A DNA stretch of 63,505 bases, filler included, from Jimgerdemannia flammicorona (Eukaryota): NCBI GenBank assembly GCA_003990765.1. It is 3 parts of 3 records of this genome, joined end to end, with 100 filler letters (N's around TTAATTAATTAA, not from the genome) between each part and the next. Parts side by side here need not be neighbours in the genome. Positions count along the whole stretch, not along the records: positions 42,405 to 63,505 come from RBNJ01001533.1; 2 more parts are not named here. The stretch is one strand, 5' to 3'. The notes under the pieces are model-generated. The model had not been told where the DNA came from. It worked only from the letters and a program-made list of their open reading frames with translations, and searched no databases. Within the stretch, counting starts at the first letter, position 1; each line of letters begins with the position of its first letter. The translations under genes and the position numbers were made by a program. Positions 50,291-61,698 of the stretch are shown here, piece by piece.

Positions 50291-51361
50291 TTATGTTGAG
50301 TTTTGCAATAGACACTCCCACAACGGGACTCGAGAAACGGAATGATGACTCCAAATATACTCAGAACGCGCATCGTTCAAAAAGCCACGCCTCTCAAGTT
50401 GCTCTCTAAGTATTACATCAGAATTGGGGACCTTGGGCATCCACAATACTTTCAAATTAGGGGAATGTGAAAGCATATGTTGAATAAACACCGTTGTGCA
50501 GCGCCCGGAAATAGAATTGTCCAAATACAAATATTTCAATGTCGTCCATTCGTGTTCGGAAAGTTGTGGATCTCCCATATAAATTTCTATAAGATATTGT
50601 AAATCCGCGGAACAGGACAGGAGATGCATCGCCTCCAGTTCCAAATAGGTTTCTAATATTCGCATAGCCGCCCAAAGATCTTGGAACCGATTGGTAATCA
50701 GACGAACATACCGAATTCTTAAGATGAAAGTCCACGTTCCAAGGAAATGTAAATCGTTGAAGCTGCTTACCCCCATCTCAAGCTGCTTTAAGTTTTGACA
50801 GTGGAGCAGGGCGTATTGCATCCTGTCGTCTACCAATGTGTTTACCATGCTGAAGCGCCATAGGCGGCCCGAAAGGCATTCGATCATAGGAGAAATGTGT
50901 CTACATATTCTACCTCGCAAGTTTAGATTTACTCGATTCACTTTTGTACGTAGCAAGGTTAAAAGTTGATTGATGCGATTGAAATCTTGCAAGTTCAGCT
51001 GTGGACTCCTATCTGCGGAATATCGGATTCCGATCTCTTGCAATGAAGGCATTGAAATTGTGAAAAACCCGAAAGGATCTTCCTGGATCGCGTTCAAGTC
51101 CACGGTTATCAATGTTAATCCTGCGCACCAGTCAACGCCCGTAATTGCCAATGCTCTGTGGAATAAATTAACGAATCGCGCGACCGACGATGGAGATTCT
51201 AACATAATAGCATTTCCGATTTTATCGAAATGCCCATGTGCGATTGCTAACCATTCTCGGCAAACTAACGAAAGAGAAACAAGATCGGTAAAATGGTGGC
51301 CGACGAGGTATATGTATCCAAAAACGCAATCCAGAATCTCGGGAGGTAAGCTTGTTTCCAT
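50291..51361 (-). CDS. Intact intronless F-box/LRR-like protein C1
   Basis: METSLPPEILDCVFGYI..LSLVCREW F-box; LRR-like HCQNLKQL, LKYLYLDNS and SPNLKVL. Confidence 0.78.
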   Translation of the reverse strand: METSLPPEILDCVFGYIYLVGHHFTDLVSLSLVCREWLAIAHGHFDKIGNAIMLESPSSVARFVNLFHRALAITGVDWCAGLTLITVDLNAIQEDPFGFFTISMPSLQEIGIRYSADRSPQLNLQDFNRINQLLTLLRTKVNRVNLNLRGRICRHISPMIECLSGRLWRFSMVNTLVDDRMQYALLHCQNLKQLEMGVSSFNDLHFLGTWTFILRIRYVRLITNRFQDLWAAMRILETYLELEAMHLLSCSADLQYLIEIYMGDPQLSEHEWTTLKYLYLDNSISGRCTTVFIQHMLSHSPNLKVLWMPKVPNSDVILREQLERRGFLNDARSEYIWSHHSVSRVPLWECLLQNST

Positions 51362-51443
51362 TTTACGATTGTATATCTCATTATTCTGTATATAAGTGTT
51401 CGAATTGAAAGGCAAGAAAATAACACTACGTAATTAAAGCTAA

Positions 51444-51708
51444 TTATGTCCGGGTCCAGGAAAGAATTGGCGACTGATCAAATCCATTATGTAACATCAT
51501 TTTCTTTGGTATTTGTATCCTCTTGGCATTGGTGGGCCGACCGGAACAGTCACTTCCATATCCTCTGACACAAGGAGATGGACTTGTTTCGGTGAGATGG
51601 TGACGCCAAGATGCATATTTCCTACAGGAGGATAAGCGGAGCGGCAACTGTTAATTGCGCACCCGTTTTTGATTGAACAATTATGTCAATTGTGAGAAGG
51701 TGAGTCAT
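51444..51708 (-). pseudogene. Orphan D1 fragment fused to the 3' end of a C2-type gene
   Basis: MTHLLTIDIIVQSK..TVAAP matches D2; 51444-51498 matches 56692-56741 (GF.QSPILSWTR). Confidence 0.6.
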
Positions 51709-51793
51709 GGTAAAACAAAGGGTATCGGTAAACATGGGGCAAAAATGAAGCCTTTTTATATATATTTTTTAAAATGATTAAAATTTCAATTAA

Positions 51794-52165
51794 TTACAAA
51801 TCCGAATGAGAACGCAAAATTGCAAGCTGGTCCAACGATGACTCCCTACGCTCGCGTATTAACTCCATTTTCATCAGACCGATATAATTGGAGGAAGGGT
51901 AAAACCTCTGCAGCAATTCTTCTAACTGCTACAATTCAACAATGGATGCGTAGATTAAAATAAATGTTAAAAACCATTGTTGCGGAATAGATGCGCAGAT
52001 ATGCACAAATGCAATAAATGTATTTTGCGATATCTCTTCAAATTTCAAAGAATCCTCTGTGTCCTTCTTGTGCACCTCTAAGGCCTCAAAAGTCTCAATG
52101 CGTATCCGTTCTTTTGAAAGGACGTACTCAATATTTCCTTTGAGATATATTCTGATCGAGGACAT
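51794..52165 (-). pseudogene. Skp1/BTB-like small protein E1
   Basis: Paralog of E2; one internal TAG at 51929 where E2 has CGG. Confidence 0.5.
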
Positions 52166-52299
52166 TTTGTTTTGATAAGGTTGTAGGTACAAGGGACGAA
52201 TATATATATATATCATATTCTTTAAATTGGAATTCTCTAGAGCATTCACTTCGCTAAAATATAATTTATTTATAGTACAACCCTCAGTTCTATAAATAA

Positions 52300-52923
52300 C
52301 TTGATGGGAGCTGCAACCCTATACCTAAAAGTCCTCCCTTTATTGTGGCTATCCTACAACTTGTCTTCAAAACCTGAAATGATCGTCGGCTTCCTGGTCT
52401 TCATCCGATTTGTCTTCGCTACCATCAAGGTATTTGCTGGTTTCGAAAAATTGGAGGATTTCGTCATTGCCCCACAAAAAGTGATGGAAATTTGAGTGTT
52501 GTGTCTGACGGTAATTGGCACAGTATTTCGTGAACAACCCAGCAATTATGGCCAGTTCCTTGCGTTCTGCGAATGCTACTATTTGTCAAATACTCTTCCC
52601 CATTTAAGCGGCCTTCCTTTAAATGTAATTGGCCTTCCTTCATCTCATAGTCGTCCGCATTGGGATTGAAAAATGCTTCACAGAGCATGACAATCGTGTC
52701 CCAAATAGCGTAGGTAATGTGTTTCAAATTCAGCTCGCCATTCGCAATCTCGGATGATATTCTCCACGACTGATTTCCCAACGCGGGACTCCTCCAATTC
52801 GGATGTATCGTCGGACAACTGAATGTTAAATTTAACCATTGGTACAGTAGTTTGCTTTGCCATTGGAAATGCGGGTTCCGTAAATCCAGCGATCACCAAT
52901 TGTGTTTTTGTATTTTTGAGCAT
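52300..52923 (-). pseudogene. Skp1-like protein F1 (frameshifted)
   Basis: VKFNIQLSDD..KSVVENIIRDC..ELNLKHITYAIWDTIVMLCE resembles the Skp1 POZ pattern; frameshift ~52745; 3' end approximate. Confidence 0.5.
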
Positions 52924-53625
52924 TAATGGTCTAGAATTATCGAGGCGCTTTGGATAAAAAAATTCAAACGGAATTGATGTGAAAATTTTATTTCAGAATG
53001 ATTTCGAAAGTCAGAATGAATTCGGAAGTCGTGAGAGCAAACCAAAACTTCAAATGGAATTTCGGAAAGATTTCGAAGTTATCTCGAACAGCTAAGCAAA
53101 AGGTAAATGGGATGACGTTCAGAATATTCGATAATTTCGGAAATGGGATGATATTCGAAAATCGGAATAATTTCGTCAGAATTATTTCGAACAGCTAAGC
53201 AAAAGGTAAATAGGATGACGTAGATTTCCTATTTGGGTTTATTACATTGTTGTAGGGGGTACCAGCGGAATGATTAAATTGAAGAGAGGACTACCAAATC
53301 AGATCTTTCCGAGGTTGAACAGCGACTACCAAATCGGATGTTTCCGGAAGTTAGATAACCCCACTGAACAGACAAACGGTGTTACATGGGTATAATTTTA
53401 TCATCGTTTGAGGGATTTTTCTCAGCTGTTGGAACAACTAGTACAGTGGGCCGCATCCTAGGCACAATTGTCATTGCCCGGATACGACGCGGAAGCGGTT
53501 TTATCTGGGGCTTTTCTGGGTTTGGTTTTTCTTCCATGAGGGAATTAATTATATCTATAACGAACGACTATGGGTGCTTTATAGCTTACAAAATTTCGAG
53601 AATGTTCTGGAATTGCCTACTCGTC

Positions 53626-53912
53626 CACAAGATGAATTGTGCTTGAGTTAGCTGATTTGGGCTTAGGTTTTCTCAATTTGCGAAGTTCAATTTCTAGGCT
53701 TTTTGAAACGTTTTCTTCGACCCATTTTGAGTTAGCAATCTTATAACGAAATCCAAACAATTGCCTTCCCATTTCCTCGCCTTTCTCTTGAGAAGATGTT
53801 GGCAGCAAAACAAAAGGCAGCACCCAAAAACAAGGCCTACGCCAACGCAAATGGAAATAAATGCAGCGACTGGAATCTTAGCATTTACAGAGGAACCAGT
53901 AGGAGTAGCCAT
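53626..53912 (-). pseudogene. Single-pass membrane protein G1
   Basis: AAFISICVGVGLVFGCCLLFCC then KRKARK; paralog of G2 with a frameshift. Confidence 0.6.
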
Positions 53913-54646
53913 ATCGGAAATTTTGGTACCATTGTGAGAGTGATTTTATATTTTATAGACGATCTCCTGGACTCGGGATTGGCGTTCAGGGGTGTGTTTT
54001 ATTTTGGGCCTAATCTGTAAACGTCAATTTCTTGTTCGCAGCCCTTAAGCGATTCAGAGAAGCAATCAAATTTGGAAATTAAAAAATATCTTCCCAGGAG
54101 GACTTTATTGCCCTTGAACAGCTCAGTGCAATTCATAATATTAGAGCTTCATACGTTCCTTCGCATATTTATCTCAATAATTCTAGAATTTACTAGAAAA
54201 GAATTGTGATATCATCTCCTTAAATGACGCACACTTACAAATGTCATTGTCATCAACGCAATTCCCCACTCCTGAACGGGATTCCACCCCCTGAAGGCTA
54301 ATCTCGTGAAGAATCGAAGTAGTGCAAATATTGGGCAAGAGAATTCGAGAAGGTCCAACACAAGCATTATTGATTCCACAACCAACTGTCTCATCAACCC
54401 ACCCCTGAAACGTAAAATCCTGTGAAAGGTTGAAATCTTTCAAAATATAAAAATTGAAGTGAAAATCTTGGAAAAGATTAGATTTCTAACAAATTTATTG
54501 GTTATAATGTTTCAGCCGCGATTTTATCCTTGATGAGTTTTTTAGAATTCTTTGCGTTTAGAAGCTTGGAAGCCCAATTTGATGTGTGATCCATGATTTG
54601 ATGTGTGCTCCATGATTCATAATCGGGATCCTTACATCCTAAACTC

Positions 54647-54712
54647 CTCTGACTGAATCCTCTGACTGAATTCTCTGACTGAATTCTCTGATTGAATTCT
54701 CTGACTGAATTC
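54647..54712. repeat. 13-bp tandem repeat CTCTGACTGAATT x5
   Basis: Directly visible. Confidence 0.9.
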
Positions 54713-54996
54713 TTAGAGGGTTGGAGAACGGGTGAAAAAATCATCAGCTGACCCTGTCAGGCTTCGGAACAAACCCAAGGGGTCGTGTTTCGCCTTCAAG
54801 GCCAGAAGCTGGGACCATGTGGCGGGTTCATAGCATTTCTCCCAATAAACCTTGTCGCCAGGAAGACGTTCCTGCAGCTCATTGGTGTAATATCCCAAAA
54901 TCCACGGTTTAATAGCTTTGATCGTGTCCACCACCCAGTCTACGTTGAGCTTATCGAAAGCCTCATCGCCAGAACGATTCCAGACGGAGTAAATGG
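54713..54996 (-). pseudogene. Last-exon fragment of an FAD-linked oxidoreductase (berberine-bridge-like C-terminal domain)
   Basis: GYYTNE..YWEKCY..TWSQLLALKAKHDPLGLF matches BBE Y.N..Y....RL..K.KYDP...F; preceded by a TTTATAG acceptor. Confidence 0.7.
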
Positions 54997-55034
54997 CTAT
55001 AAATATATATATGTAAATATCGTAATTTCGACCA

Positions 55035-55739
55035 CTTATTCGCAATATGGTACAGGGGCCAAACGTCGACCATGTGGAGACGTATGTCTTCCAATTCAGT
55101 GTATTGTTCAAATGTTCTGAATGTCTTCATAGAGATAAAGATAAAGTCTTTACGTTACGGGAGAGTAGTGCGAGAACATCCTCAAAATGGGATGGAGCTC
55201 TTATTCGACATCCTTTGAGAGAAAGTTTCGAAATCGAACCAAAATCGCCTTGTATCTGATGAAGTAGATTGAGTGCAAATCGAGTATAGGACGAGTCATA
55301 GTATAAAAATTCATTCGTCGCGTTTACAACAAGGTGGCGGAGATGAGTCGGTTTTAAGGAAAGAACGATTTTGATGCCATCCATGAGTTGTTTGAATTCG
55401 CTCAGAGTACTATCGCTGTCGTAGACGAGAGTGAGATCAATATAGACCACCTTTATGCATTCGATGAAATTTAATCCAAGTGATTTGGAATCCGCGATCA
55501 GTTGGCCGAGCCTTTGAGCATCACGACCCCGTGCAAGACTCCGAGGGGGGAAGACGGTGACGTTGCAGGAGAATAACCTTATGGCTTTCGATGCCATGCT
55601 TGACAGACCAGCGAGCTGGCGAAGATGTCAAGCAGAAAGGTGGAGATGATGCATTCGGTACCAAAAATTGCATTATATTACCTACAATCTCCGAGGGAAG
55701 GCATAACTGTACTGGTGCGTATTCCTCAGTAGCCAACAT
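55035..55739 (-). pseudogene. F-box/LRR-like gene A2, frameshifted and 3'-truncated
   Basis: Collinear with 49458-48710 (LPSEIVGNIMQ, AQRLGQLIADSK, LKPTHL, GCRIRAPS). Confidence 0.72.
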
Positions 55740-55947
55740 TGTGTAGAGGAAGCAACCAAAATTAATTTGAATTGGATTTGTCAATCGGAACTTTCCAGAC
55801 AAAGATAATGAGGTCGTGAACGTTTTCCCGAAATAGCGGATTACGTACCTGAGTCTAGATTATGAAACAAACGAAACAACGTTTCAAAGTCCGGTAAAAG
55901 ATCCAATTATAAGTACACAATGTGTTGGAAAATTGTCAATCATCACC

Positions 55948-56571
55948 ATGTCTTTGCGCGTTATTGACAACAGAGAAACACTTCGAAGTTATCTTATTGA
56001 CATTCATTTTTTGTTGGGGAGTGATCGCCATGTTATGTCGTTGAGTTTCAGTTTTCTGGACGTGGTTTTATCCTGTTTTAGACCAGATGACTGGATATTA
56101 ACCGGACTTTCAATCTTAATTATTACAATGAATCGGCCAATTCAGTTGGTATTGTTTCGCACGTTTCCGAGAGCTGTAACTTACAGACGACCCGATTTCC
56201 AGCGAATGATACAAAACAAAAGTTCTCAGAAGGAATTACACCCGACCAGATTTAAAGTATCTCAGAAGGAATTACACCCGACAATCCGGAACACACCTGC
56301 ACGTATCACTCGAATTATTCCTGAACATTCCAGTATATTTATAAACACAGAGGAAATATCATTCACCAAAATAAGTCCACCAAAATCGTCCATGTCTTCG
56401 CCATCTTTAAATATACATTTTGCGGTGCGGCTGCTAGGTGTGCTGGTTGATAGAATTTTACCACCGATTCCACTTCCTTCTGGGGTATCAGCGGATATCA
56501 TTGTTACCTTCCGTATATATATTTTAGAAACATTTTGTAACGTCCGCATTGTTGAGGAGAATGATGATTGA
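55948..56571 (+). CDS. Orphan protein B2
   Basis: Open 207-aa ORF conserved with B1; internal SQKELHPT duplication. Confidence 0.6.
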   Translation: MSLRVIDNRETLRSYLIDIHFLLGSDRHVMSLSFSFLDVVLSCFRPDDWILTGLSILIITMNRPIQLVLFRTFPRAVTYRRPDFQRMIQNKSSQKELHPTRFKVSQKELHPTIRNTPARITRIIPEHSSIFINTEEISFTKISPPKSSMSSPSLNIHFAVRLLGVLVDRILPPIPLPSGVSADIIVTFRIYILETFCNVRIVEENDD

Positions 56572-56691
56572 TGAATAATTAAACATTTAGTGTTTATCAG
56601 AGCGTCCATCTTTCACATCTTTCACACATCTTGGGATCCTTCTTAAGGGGAAAAATGCTTCTTGTGTTCAGGATCTGGACTAAAACTATAT

Positions 56692-57910
56692 TTAGCGGGT
56701 CCATGAAAGAATTGGCGATTGAACAAATCCATTACGTAACATCGTTGCCTCAACAATTTGGTTGGTATTGAAATGTTCAGGTAAGGCGACGAGGGTAAGA
56801 CTGACGCATTTCGGAATCACCTGCTCCAAAAAATCCGGAAAGAGCCCAGGAGACCATGACAGATCAAGCTCTCGAAGATCCGGCCACCCGTCGTATACTT
56901 CTTCGATTGAAATGTCGCCTGTGATGGCGCTGTATTCAAAAATAATCACCTCAAGCTTTCGGTTGCAATGCAACATGGTCTTAATAACTCTATCGTCAAT
57001 GGTATTGTTAGAAAGTTCCAACGTCTCCAAACAATTTGAATAAGAGGACAACACGTAACGAATTGTGTCCAAATTAATAGACTTCGAATGAACTATAAGT
57101 CCGTGACGTCAACACATTCTATAGGCAATGTGCGCAGTGTTTCGTTTAAACCGGTGTTGTCGTGAACATTGTTGATATAGGAGAAGGAACGCAATTCGGG
57201 CCAACAATGTAGAACGGATTTTAAACCTGGAATGGCCATGTCTATCAAATTTATAGATTTTAACTTCGTGCATGTACGCAGGCTGTTCCGAGCAGTATCG
57301 CCAAAAATTTGAGTCGAGAAGCAAGCGTGTCCAAAATCGTTTTGAAATCTGGTGTGTTGGGACTTTTAAGAATGAGGGATGCTATCTTGAGAAATGAATT
57401 CTTAGTTGCGACTTGTTGAATTAAACGGGGAAATTGTCTCCCTAATTCCGTTGTGTGGGGCTCTTCCACCCAACGGATTTCAAGCTTTCTGAGGTACCGT
57501 GGGTCCAAATCGAAAACTGTCACGATTGAGTCTTTCATCGTTTTGAACAACCTTTCTGAGTTGGGGCCATCGCACTTCGTAAAATCAATGCGGATAATGT
57601 GAATGGCATTGTGAAAGTTTGCTCCGGCGCGTTTGGACTCTTTTAAGAGACTTGTTAACCGCGCAATATCGACATCGCAAACTGGAGGGAAAACAACGAG
57701 TTTGTAAAGGATTTGGCTGCGTGCGAGTATCAAACTAGCTTCAGACCAAATCTTTGGGACTAGCGCAGCGGCCAAAAAGTCAATGGGAATGATTTCTTTG
57801 CTTAGGATGTTGAGAATCTCACATATCAACTCAATGAGGAGAGATTTCGTGCGTTGGGGAATGGGGGTTAGGTCCTCATGGGGGGTGGTGGCTCTGGTTC
57901 CGTTTGCCAT
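56692..57910 (-). pseudogene. F-box/LRR-like gene C2, frameshifted
   Basis: SLLIELICEILNIL..AAALVPKIW degenerate F-box; LRRs LETLELSNNTI, WPDLRELDLSW and KCVSLTLV. Confidence 0.68.
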
Positions 57911-58012
57911 TTCTCTATATTACATCAGGAATTCGATTTATATATATATATACTGTACAATCCTTCTAGAAAATTTGATAGAGAACCTGTAGTTCTTTCC
58001 AGAAGAAAGCGA

Positions 58013-58246
58013 TCATAATGATTCCATATCTTGAATGCAAGCAATGCAAGCTGGACAATGAGTCTCTGAACACATTTCCTGAAAGAAATCAAAAGAAAAG
58101 CTTCCATTTACTCCCAGCGCCCCAGTGCTTTTGAAGTGATTCTCAAATGATTCATAAGTTGGCCCTCCACGTCCGACTCCAACATCGTCAGGTTCTACAT
58201 TTACTCCAAATTCGGATGGCGCCCGTGCTTTCAATGTGTTAGACAT
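58013..58246 (-). CDS. Small orphan ORF with Cys-rich tail
   Basis: 77 aa with upstream TATA-like run, co-oriented with its neighbours; HCPACIAC. Confidence 0.35.
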   Translation of the reverse strand: MSNTLKARAPSEFGVNVEPDDVGVGRGGPTYESFENHFKSTGALGVNGSFSFDFFQEMCSETHCPACIACIQDMESL

Positions 58247-58530
58247 ATTAATAGAGAGCTGGTAAAAGATGAAGCATAGAAATGATTACAAATATAAATG
58301 GAATGAATATATATAATTATATAAAAGTTCTCGAAAATGAGGTCCGAAGAACATTTTAGAAACCTTGAAAACTTATCGAAATGACGGATGTGGCGTTGGA
58401 CATATTAATTACAGAGAACATTTTGGAAAACCCCTGAAAAACTTATCAATGACGGATGTGGATACGACGCATAGAAATTACGAATATTTTGGAACATCTG
58501 AAAACTACTATCGACACCGTAGCCTCTATA

Positions 58531-59497
58531 CTATGGTCCCGACTGCAAAGGTAGTGTTACGGAGTGCGGTGTTAGCATCATGAGCATTGATTGTAAAAAA
58601 TCGACGTTCTCTCCTAATTCTTTTTGTAAATCTAACGGATTCGGTACGGGGCTTCCTTCTATTCCTGAAACCATAGGCGAATCAATGTGGTCAAGAATTC
58701 CTGACTCATCACTGATGCTGAGGGAATTTATCAAATCTCCAAATTGTTCCTCGGAACTTTTGTCCATATTCGGTGAATTAATTGTATCCAAAAACCTTAG
58801 AATCGCATCGATGACTTGCTCATGATATTGAGATTTCTCCTCCATTTTTATAATCATTCTACGTTGAGATGCAATATCTTCGGCGAATTCTTGGATATTT
58901 GAAGATATATTTGCCTGTTGGTTACGAATATCCAAGAGCTGGTTCGAAATAGTGCTTACGTCACTAGCGCCGTTCGGAAGGGGTACCTTTTTTTTTTTTT
59001 TTTTTTTTTTTTGATGAATTGAAGTTGATTCTGGCCATTGCGCCGGAAAAATTCTCTTGAATATTTGCTGAAAGCGGGTAATCCTTCTTTGGAGGCATCA
59101 TTTGGAATCTTGATAAAACCATATATATTTAATTGGCGGATAAATGATGACAAATTGGAATGCTTGAAATGACTCGAAAGTATCTTTGTGAATTTTTCAT
59201 GATTAACTGTAATGTGCAATATGCAGTAGTCAGTGGCTATGGGCACACAGATATTAATCACGACAACCCATCCGAACACATTGCCTACCGTGGAAAGAGT
59301 TTCCATCAGATTCCCATCTGATTGTATTGGGATCTCCATTGTTGTGGAAACCAATTTAATTGAGAAGTGGATGGGACAGGGGAGACAGAATCTGCCTGTC
59401 GTTGATGCTTGACTGGAATGGGTCGGGGATTGCGGAGGCCGATGGGGTGGAATCGTGGCTCGGGAACGCGGGCCACAGTTTTAAATGACGCCTTCAT
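58531..59497 (-). pseudogene. Heat-shock-factor (HSF) family gene with one intron
   Basis: After removing intron 59288-59207: HFSIKL..DPNTIRWESDGNSFHVNHEKFTKILSSHFKHSNLSSFIRQLNIYGFIKI..FFRR. Coiled coil ending EQVIDAILRFL. Frameshifts near 59335 and at the poly-T. Confidence 0.85.
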
Positions 59498-59680
59498 TCT
59501 GAAGTTATATTCCCAATTTTTATAGAAAATGGGATTTAACACAATATATTGGACTTTAAAACAATTCTATTGTGCGAATCGGGATTTCAATCCTTCTCAG
59601 AAGTTTTGTGAGTGCAAATCTGCATGCGGAGTTGACTTCTCAGAAGTTTTGCCGGCTAGAGTGCAAATCAGTGCAAAATC

Positions 59681-60022
59681 TTAGTCATCGCTGCGCACAA
59701 AGGTCTTACTGTGCACAAAGGTCTTACCTTTGGTACTCAGAGATTCGTCTTTGGTTCTCGATTCCTCCTGGCATTGGCATTGGCATTTTTCATCACCACA
59801 TGTAACTACTGAGGGTGGCGAGGGTTGCCGACGTGGAACAGTCACTTCAACCTCTTCCGACATCAGGAGTTGGACGCCTTTCGGTGTGACGGTGACGCCA
59901 AGGTGCATATTTCCTCCTGCGAAGCCATCAGGGAGGATGATAATCGGAGCGGCAACCGTTATTTGGCCACCCTTTTTCGATTGTACAGTTATGTCGATTG
60001 TAAGAAGTTGAGGTTGAGGCAT
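59681..60022 (-). CDS. Orphan protein D2
   Basis: 113-aa ORF with upstream TATA run; paralog at 51708. Confidence 0.55.
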   Translation of the reverse strand: MPQPQLLTIDITVQSKKGGQITVAAPIIILPDGFAGGNMHLGVTVTPKGVQLLMSEEVEVTVPRRQPSPPSVVTCGDEKCQCQCQEESRTKDESLSTKGKTFVHSKTFVRSDD

Positions 60023-60121
60023 GGTAAAGCAATGGTACCGGTTCAGGTGGGGAACCCCCCACCCCCTTTATAAATATATTATATTAATTGTTCTAGAAGA
60101 TTTGGATATTCCATTACAAAT

Positions 60122-60478
60122 TTATTTCTCGCGCAAAATCGCAAACCCGTCCAACGACGACTCCCGACGCTCGCGTGTAGACTCTTTTTTTATCTGCCCG
60201 ATATAATCGGAGGAAGGGTAAAACCTCAGCAGCAATTCTTCTAACTGCCGTAATTCGTCATGGGACGCGTAGATCAAAATAAAATTTAACAGCCATTTTT
60301 GCGGATTAGATGCGCAGATATTTACGAATGCGCTGAACGTATTTTGTGATACATCACCGAAGGTCAAAGGACCCTCTGTATCCTTCTTTTGCACCTCCAA
60401 GGCCTCAAACGTCTCGTTGCGGATCAGTTCTTTTAGAAGGACATACTCAATATTTTCTTTAAGATATATTTTGATCAT
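60122..60478 (-). CDS. Skp1/BTB-like small protein E2
   Basis: MIKIYLKENIEYVLLKELIRNETFEAL..PLTFGDVSQNTFSAFVNIC fits the BTB/elongin-C b1-b2-a1-a2-b3-a3 spacing by eye. Confidence 0.5.
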   Translation of the reverse strand: MIKIYLKENIEYVLLKELIRNETFEALEVQKKDTEGPLTFGDVSQNTFSAFVNICASNPQKWLLNFILIYASHDELRQLEELLLRFYPSSDYIGQIKKESTRERRESSLDGFAILREK

Positions 60479-60619
60479 TTTGACGAGAATGTTGGTGCAA
60501 GAGGACGAATATATATTTTCAGGCTTTAATATGGAATTCTCTAGAGCATTCGCTTCGTTAACTATAATTTGGTTTTGGTTTGGCACAACCCTAGCGGCTC
60601 ATTATTACAGGACGCGACC

Positions 60620-61179
60620 ATAACTAATAAAGTGATTCGAAATTGAACTCGTCTTCGAGTTGGGTTTCGAGAAGTTCCTGGTATTGGCGGTTTTTGAAAA
60701 ATTCGAGGATTTTATCATCACCCCACAAATAATCGTAATAACTCTCCAAACCAGGACCTTCTATTCCCTGCTGCGCCAGTTTTTGTAATAATCACAGTAG
60801 GTTGTGAACAAACCCGCAATTTTCACCAGTTCCTCGCGTTTAGCGAATTACAATACTTGTGAAAAATGGGTTTCCCCATTGAAGCGGCCTTCCTTCAATA
60901 GGTGGCCTTCGTAGTCGTCCGGATTGGGATTGAAAAAACTTTCGCATATTATGACAAAAGTGTCCCATGTGACATAGTCAATGTGTTTCAAATTCAGATA
61001 ACCGCCCTCCACTTCACAATCTTGGATCATACGCTCCACGACTGGTTTCCCAACGCGGGATTCCTCCACTTCGGATGTTTTGTTTTTCAAATGAAGGTTA
61101 TATTTGATCATGGGGGTAATTTGCCTTGCCATTGGAAATGCGGTTTCCGGAAATCTAGCAATTTTGTATTTTTGAGCAT
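60620..61179 (-). pseudogene. Skp1-like protein F2
   Basis: KPVVERMIQDC..YLNLKHIDYVTWDTFVIICE; collinear with F1; 3' end approximate. Confidence 0.5.
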
Positions 61180-61434
61180 TTTAGTCTAGAATTATCGATT
61201 GCTATTGATGCCAGACGTTGACTTTAAGAATAATTTCCAAAGTCAGAATGATTTAGAAGGTCGCCGTACCGATGCTGCCATTCGATATATATACATATAT
61301 ATTAGGAATGATTTCCTATTTTGGGTGCGCATAGGAACCGGAATAAGGAACCTGAATGATTTCGAACGTATATTTCGGGATGGGGTATAGAATGGTGGAA
61401 TAGTGGAATGGAATATACGAAAGACTCTAATCGA

Positions 61435-61698
61435 CTACCCATCCACTAGATGAAATGTGCTCGAGTTAGCTGATTTGGTAGAGGGCTTTCTCAATGTTCT
61501 GTCGACCCATTTTGAGTTGGCAATCTTATAACGAAATCCACACAATTTGCCTTCCCATTTCCTCGCCTTTCTCTTGAGAAGATGTTGGCAGAAAAACAAA
61601 AGGCAGCACACGAAAACAAGTCCAACGCCAACGCAAATAGAAATAAATGCGGCGACAGGAATCTTCGCAATTACAGGGGAACCAGTAGCAGTAGCCAT
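61435..61698 (-). CDS. Single-pass membrane protein G2
   Basis: 87 aa with one hydrophobic segment, juxtamembrane Cys residues and a basic cluster. Confidence 0.62.
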   Translation of the reverse strand: MATATGSPVIAKIPVAAFISICVGVGLVFVCCLLFFCQHLLKRKARKWEGKLCGFRYKIANSKWVDRTLRKPSTKSANSSTFHLVDG

